In this document: positions 58,133 through 64,000 of the stretch, piece by piece | Numbering within the stretch: the first letter of the stretch is position 1 | How the letters are laid out: every line of letters starts with the position of its first letter | NCBI GenBank assembly: GCA_002269645.1 | Contig: NIVC01001376.1 | Coordinates: forward strand, 62,001-126,000 | Length of the DNA stretch: 64,000 bases | Source of the DNA: Macrostomum lignano | Taxonomy: Eukaryota | Direction of reading: 5' to 3' | Notes under the pieces: model-generated | Told to the model about the DNA's origin: nothing | The model's database searches: none | The model's input: only the letters and a program-made list of their open reading frames with translations | Program-made: the position numbers and the translations under genes

Positions 58133-60114
58133 TGAGATCGAATAAAAACTTTGTTGCAATACTTGTAAGTACGAGAAGTTTGGACTGCAGAAGTTATAAC
58201 TCAGAATTACGCTCGTAGCAACAAACTATTATACCACTTTATGAGCGAATGAACTAAATTGTCAGCCAGTGCAAGTCATTACATTAAGAATTAAGTTTGA
58301 TTGATTTCATTGACGGTTCCTATGAATCTTGAACTCAATGCGCGAAAGTGAGCCTAGCACCCTCCTAGCCTTTCGTAGCTTTAACACTTAAAAACGTCAA
58401 TGATCGTTCGAAACCTGTTTCGATCACTTTCCTTCTCTTTATAGTTCTCTTTCTCTTATTATTTCATGATTTTCTAAAATGTATTCTCGTCGGTTGTGTG
58501 ATTTTATGAATTAATTTCCATGTAAGGTATGTAATATTGTTCTTGAAACTTTGCTTTCCTTTTAAATGTTTCTTGAAAGTTTCTTGTTACTACCTTACGT
58601 AAGCTTTTTTGTACTGTAGGAAACCTAAAATGTTACGTAAATTATTAAATTAATAAATATACCACAGCCTACCGTCATATTTCCAACCCCCCACATGTTT
58701 AGCCCAAATGACTGATAAACAAAACAAAAGAACCAGCGCCTGGCTTTCCAATTCACTTCGTTAAATGAAATCCTTTTAAATTGAATAGTTATTTGATGAA
58801 GTCCTGGACAAGCCTGTACAGCCCTGCGGAATAAAATCCTATCACCATTATCAAGTATTCATTCTTGTCCCATATTAACAGGGCTAATAAATCCTCGCTC
58901 TGGAACGATCTATTAAGGGAGAGGGCGCAGAAACGATCAGAGTTACCAAAATTTTCGCGAATGAACCGCACTCTATAGGTACTCGAGGTAAGTGGAAGAA
59001 ACAGCGAGTCTGTTTTAATTGGAAAATGGCTATTAAATGCTATGCTGTGAAACTTTACTTTCCACTCCAAACCCAAAAAGTTAAAGATAATTCATCAGTT
59101 TTGTTTTTAGATTGCTACCAGACTAAAAAAGCCAACCTTTTTACGTCGAAAACCTTTCTATATTCCCATGTTTTTCCTGGCTCTAACCCTTTGCTATTAT
59201 CTTCTTATCTGCACTTTACGTTTTTCCAGCTCTCATCTGCCTCTTTAGCCTTTGCTGTTTTATTTTCGTAGCTGTTTTGACGTTAGTAACGTTCATCGCC
59301 TTCTTACCCTCCGCTTTCGCAAAATCCTATTTTCGCTTGATATATTGACGTTGAATGGTCTCTCCTCATGTGCTGATGTGAAAAGCATTTCCCTTAATGC
59401 TAAGGCTACTACAACTATTCCACAGAAACTCTACCCCGTCTGATTCGCCATATTTTATCTAATGCAAAAAGTTCGTTTCATCACTTGATATTAGACTATC
59501 ATCACTCGCAACGAGTGCTTCAACAGCAGCTGCATCCTTGAAAACGGTCTTGTCGCGCTTTTGCGAAATCATTGTATTTTTTGCTCATTCAACAGCTGCT
59601 TCAACTGCACTTATCGAGTCTGCAGATACAAAAGTGCCCGTTTAAATATCCTCATGTAGCGTTGGACTTAGCCGTTAACTCAAAATTCAACATTGTCATA
59701 ATTTTTTAGAGCATATGTCTGCATTTTCATTGCATCAATGTGGCCATTCTGGCCTATGACATGACATTTTCTATGACATTTATATTTTAGTAGACGGAAT
59801 ACAAACAAAGCAACAGGACAAAAGATGCGCATACAATGTGTTTTTAAAAGTTAGTCAACAGTTAGTCAGTTGAGTTGCCGTTAACGCGCCAAATTATTCA
59901 TTATCAGACATTGAGTCCGCTAGTTGTTCAGGCCTTAAAAATCAAACGTACAATTTTGAAATGTGCCAGAAAATTTGACACTGTCGTTGAAACGAGCAAA
60001 GGCGTATTCGGTTGGCCTTCAGCTTGATAAACTTCGCAGGTACCTACTGATTTCTTGATTGACATTACACCAGTAGGGCCCACACGCTTAACGCACACGG
60101 TCGACGTACTAGCG

Positions 60115-60886
60115 TCAACGAACGGCTTCGGACATAGCTCTAAAGTCGGCGTCTCTCCTAATCCTTGAGTATCGTTCTACACTCACCGGGTTCTTGTGAC
60201 CAGTGCTGCAAACGATCGCGGAATTCGAAAATCCATGCACCTTCAAAACAGTAACGTGCGTTACACGAATGCAAGGATTCGTGTATCGCTTAGAGAGCCC
60301 CAGTTTAGTAGAAAGTCGACTCATCAGTTGATCTATCGTGTTCTTGCCAACCTTACGGAAGCCACAGTACCAGCGCTTATCCGATATATCTTTCGTAACG
60401 TTGACACACGTTTCTTGTGTGTATGTGACTGGCCATAGACTAGCTGTGGGTACACGTTTCTTGACACACAAGCAACTCGATTTTAAGATTGTGCTGATTG
60501 TTTAGGCACTGAAGGTACATCTTCAATGCAGCAACAGGACAGCTCCTATTTTCAGACTCAGAGTACATGCGTGCTTGTTTAGTATCCTGGAACTCGGTCT
60601 TCTTCAGAGATGTCCTTGAGTTCTTACTCAGAAAGTCATGTTTCAGGGCGACATAGTCGCGCCCCTTAGAATCTTGTAGAAACGCGAAGCTTTCTAAGTT
60701 AGAGTTGGTAGAGTTTCTCGTCTTTGCAATCAAAAGTAGTAAATTAATGAAACATGACCTCGTCTTGCAGTACGACTTATTAGACCTATCAAAATAATTT
60801 ATTGATTTATCGGTAAATAATAATCGCAGCAAATTCCTCTCGAGATTTAAGCTGATTAGCCAGCTTGTACTTAGGCAGTCTTGCAT
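60115..60886 (-). pseudogene. Crypton-type tyrosine recombinase relic (KCTD1/QRICH1/DUF3504-like)
   Basis: KNSR..RMY..SCPVAALKMYL; WY..VGKNTIDQLMSRLS..YTNPCIRVTHVTVL..GF..I..STGHKN..SVERY (the HxxR His appears changed to Pro; frameshifted). Confidence 0.8.
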
Positions 60887-61285
60887 GATGGCATCGTAAT
60901 TAAGAATTGACAGGCGCAGTTAACTATGACTTGGTTGCAATTTCAACAATAAAAACAATCAATACGTTTTTTCTGAAAGCGCGACTAAATTCAATCGTCT
61001 TTCTTGACATGCGCGCACTTATTTTTTATTAAAAAAATTCGCATGCTTCAAATGCCGATAAAGCAATCCTGATATCAGTGTTTACGTCCGTCTAGTGTTT
61101 CATTAGTTAACTACGCATATTATCTTGGCCTCGCTCTCAGCCGTCACAGCCAATTCACTTTTTGGTGGTCCTGGACTGCGCAAAAGCAAACAGATTTTCC
61201 TTACACTTTGGTATAATTATAGAGCGCTCATCAGACAGCACTAGCAATACTATTTTTTATCAAAGATTTACGACTATATACAACC

Positions 61286-62091
61286 ATGCAACTTCAAGTG
61301 TTTATATTGTCGATGCCAATGTTGTGCTCTGCACTGCCGTCACTGTACCCCGCACCAGCACAAGAGTCAGTGGGCAGCTCCTACTGGCTCGATCAAGGTC
61401 AGCGCGAAATTCGTCGTGTCGAACACGAAACTATCCGATCCTTGTTGAAAAGCCGTGCCAAGCACGTGGTATTGTTTATTGGCGATGGAATGGGCGTCAG
61501 CACCGTGACCGCTGCTCGAATTCTCAAAGGCCAGTTAGAGAACTCGTCCGGCGACGAGGCTCAACTGTCATTCGAGCGATTTCAGCACACGGCCCTGGCC
61601 AAGACTTACAACACTGACTACCAGACTGCTGATAGCGCCGGTACCGCCACCGCCTTTCTAACGGGCGTGAAAACTCGTAGTGGCCTTCTTGGCGTCAATG
61701 GCAATGCCATTCGCGGTAACTGCAGCTCACTTACTGACGAGACTCGGTTGACTTCGTTTCTTAGAATGGCCGCCGATGAGGGTCGGGCAGTCGGCATCGT
61801 GTCCACCACTCGATTAACCCACGCGACACCAGCAGCGGCGTACAGCCATTCGGTTGATCGTGGATGGGAATCTGATTCGTCTTCGACGAGTGACGATCGG
61901 TCCCGATGCCCCGACATTGCCCGCCAAATGCTCCTGAACGCTGCTGACTATAAGGTCATCCTAGGCGGTGGCAGGCAAAACTTTTTGCCAGAAGAACTCA
62001 AAGGCAAGCGAAAGGACGGCGCTAATTTGATTCGCGAGTGGCAAGCTAAACAGGTGAGTTGAATAACAGGAATAACAGAGAGAGAGAGAGA

Positions 62092-62142
<51 letters not shown>

Positions 62143-63875
62143 GGGTGCAATAGTGTACACCCTTAACGTACGAGCGTACAGCCTACAGCACGTTGAGTCG
62201 GCGACTGGCACCCCCGTAGCTAACTGCCAGTTCAAATGGAGGCTTATGAGTTCTGAGCTTTGGTGTACATGGCCTCTAAAGTGTTCACAGTGCTCAAGAT
62301 AGCAGGAATCAGTTAATAAATAAACTTAATAAAGTTACTACAGTGAGTCATAAAATTCATGAAAAGTTATCAAGCGAAAAACACCTGATCCCTAATCCAG
62401 GGCAGTCTGAATTGCAGTCGTAGAGCCTACATCGAGACCCGCAACCAGCTGCTGGATCTGGAGCCAGACAAGGTCGACTGCGTGCTGGGCCTTCTGTCCA
62501 GCTCGCACATGGAATACCACGCGGAGAATATGATGAAACAAAACCTATCAGAAAGACAGCCAAGCCTGGCAGAGATGACCACTAAAGCTCTGGAGCTGCT
62601 GACTGTCTATGGCAAGGACACTGGACTCGTTTTGCTAGTCGAAGCTGGGCGAATCGACCACGGTCACCATGGAAACCAAGCTAACCGAGCGCTGCACGAA
62701 ACAGTCGCACTGTCCGATGCTGTCGAAGCCGCTGTGCAATTGTTGAAGCAGAAGAAGCTTCTTGACGAGACGCTAATGATTGTGAGAAAGATCATTTTTG
62801 CTCTATTTTGATGGTACACGTGTATTTAATTCTCACGATCCTGCACTTTTGTAGTTACTGAGCGCTGGTAGAGCAGAAGGTTTATGGAAGGGCTGCGCTG
62901 CGCGCTTACTTGAATGTAGTACAGAACTAAGATATTTATAGCAAGAAGCAACGGCAGTGGTTTGACAAAAATGGCAGTAGTTGAGTACAACAACTTTCAT
63001 TCCCTACTCAATCTAATTCCAATACAAACCATTTTTAGTATATGGAAGAATGCCAAAGAATGTGTTCTTGGGAAAAAATGTCATTAGAAGATTTTTGGAA
63101 GGAGGACTTTAAATCAGAGATTTTTTACAAGAAAACGACTGGAAATGCTTGTAAGAAACAGCTTGTTTCGAAATTCAAATTTTCTGTCTTTAAAGGTCAC
63201 AGCTGATCACAGCCACGTGTTCACCATGGGTCACTACGGGTTGCGCGGCCAGCCAATCACGCAGCTGAAGTACAAGCGTAACGCCACAACTGGCCGGTTG
63301 CAGCTCTACAAAGCGGGCGACGATCTGCCCCTAACTGTACTTAACTACGCAGATGGTAGGGGGGCGTCAAAGTCCCGGCACGATAGATGGAGTATCAATG
63401 CAACTGCTGAGGACACCACAAAGGCCGATTACCAGTGAGAATCTGAACTAATTATGTGATATATGCGATGAGTGCACTGCATGAGGACGATTTCTCTAGA
63501 AGGCGCTGCGCCATGGTGCCCACACCTTTCTACGAGTATTTATTTTTATGTGGAGCATCTATATCAACAAAAATTACACTTGATTTGCTGCATATATCCT
63601 GCAGATTCCCAGCCATGATGCTGAAAAGTGGAGAATCTCACGGTGGCGAGGATGTTCCTGTATTTGCCAGAGGTCCGGGCTCTCACCTGGTTCAAGGAGT
63701 TCGCGAGCAGACCCACGTTGCTCACGTAATCATGTACTCGGCTCACCTCGGCCCGTACGCCAGTTCGCAGCGAGAATCTTTTCAGCCGACTGTGGCGCCC
63801 AACATCAAAAGCGCAATTTTTGTCAACGCTGCTTACATCTTCAAATTGGTGTCTGGTTTCGTCGGCTTCGTTTAA
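61286..63875 (+). CDS. ALP: Alkaline phosphatase, probably GPI-anchored; join(61286..62053, 62401..62781, 63196..63434, 63605..63875), 552 aa
   Basis: Signal peptide; LFIGDGMG; ADSAGTATA (catalytic Ser); THATPAA; [10 protein letters not shown]; TADHSH; SHGGEDV; hydrophobic C-terminus. GT-AG introns with matching phases give 1659 nt. Confidence 0.93.
62077..62139. repeat. (GA)n microsatellite in ALP intron 1
   Basis: About 31 AG units. Confidence 0.97.
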
Positions 63876-64000
63876 TTTACTCAAGCGATTCATTTTCCTA
63901 ACTAATTTTGATATGTTACGTAACCGACTTTTTATAATTTTGAGCTTTATATTTTGCCGGATTTCAATATAAATCTATTTCACAGATTCAACGACTAATT

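Noticed and set aside
57365-58159. 264-aa minus-strand Ser/Thr/Pro-rich ORF
   Set aside because: It is the antisense shadow of the Gly-rich exon 3. The plus strand carries the recognisable domain and splice sites.
58790-59560. Degenerate minus-strand text with pogo/piggyBac-like words (acidic N-terminus, FST*KGWL)
   Set aside because: It has many stops and no DDE motif or TIR that I could confirm.

Overview
This is intron-containing animal (invertebrate) genomic DNA that is mostly transposon-derived. The short introns and the PAN plus Gly-rich gene type suggest a free-living flatworm such as Macrostomum, but that is inference only. Main content in order: (1) an EnSpm/CACTA-type element with a transposase and a DUF4806-like ORF2 (1-4.4 kb); (2) a full-length Ty3/Gypsy element (5883-15710, TSD ACTG, tRNA-Gln PBS); (3) a second EnSpm transposase split by a nested 7.6 kb EnSpm element (18929-26575, TSD CTT) that encodes a B-box/coiled-coil/BEN protein; (4) a solo LTR (28106-28922); (5) an 8.6 kb foldback/MULE-NOF-like element with 1.8-2 kb inverted arms that carries a USP-like protease pseudogene and an (ELEKQR)n coiled-coil pseudogene (29968-38595); (6) a CCCAG-ended non-autonomous element and tandem arrays; (7) a second full-length Gypsy on the minus strand (46266-54575, TSD GTCA); (8) a disrupted PAN plus ALK/LTK-type Gly-rich gene, tyrosine-recombinase relics, and an apparently intact 4-exon alkaline phosphatase. 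The most striking observation is that both divergent Gypsy elements encode a cold-shock (CSD/OB-fold, UNR/CSDE1-like) RNA-binding domain between the Gag CCHC knuckle and the protease. I saw no rRNA, tRNA gene or CRISPR array. All domain calls come from visual motif recognition, not from searches.
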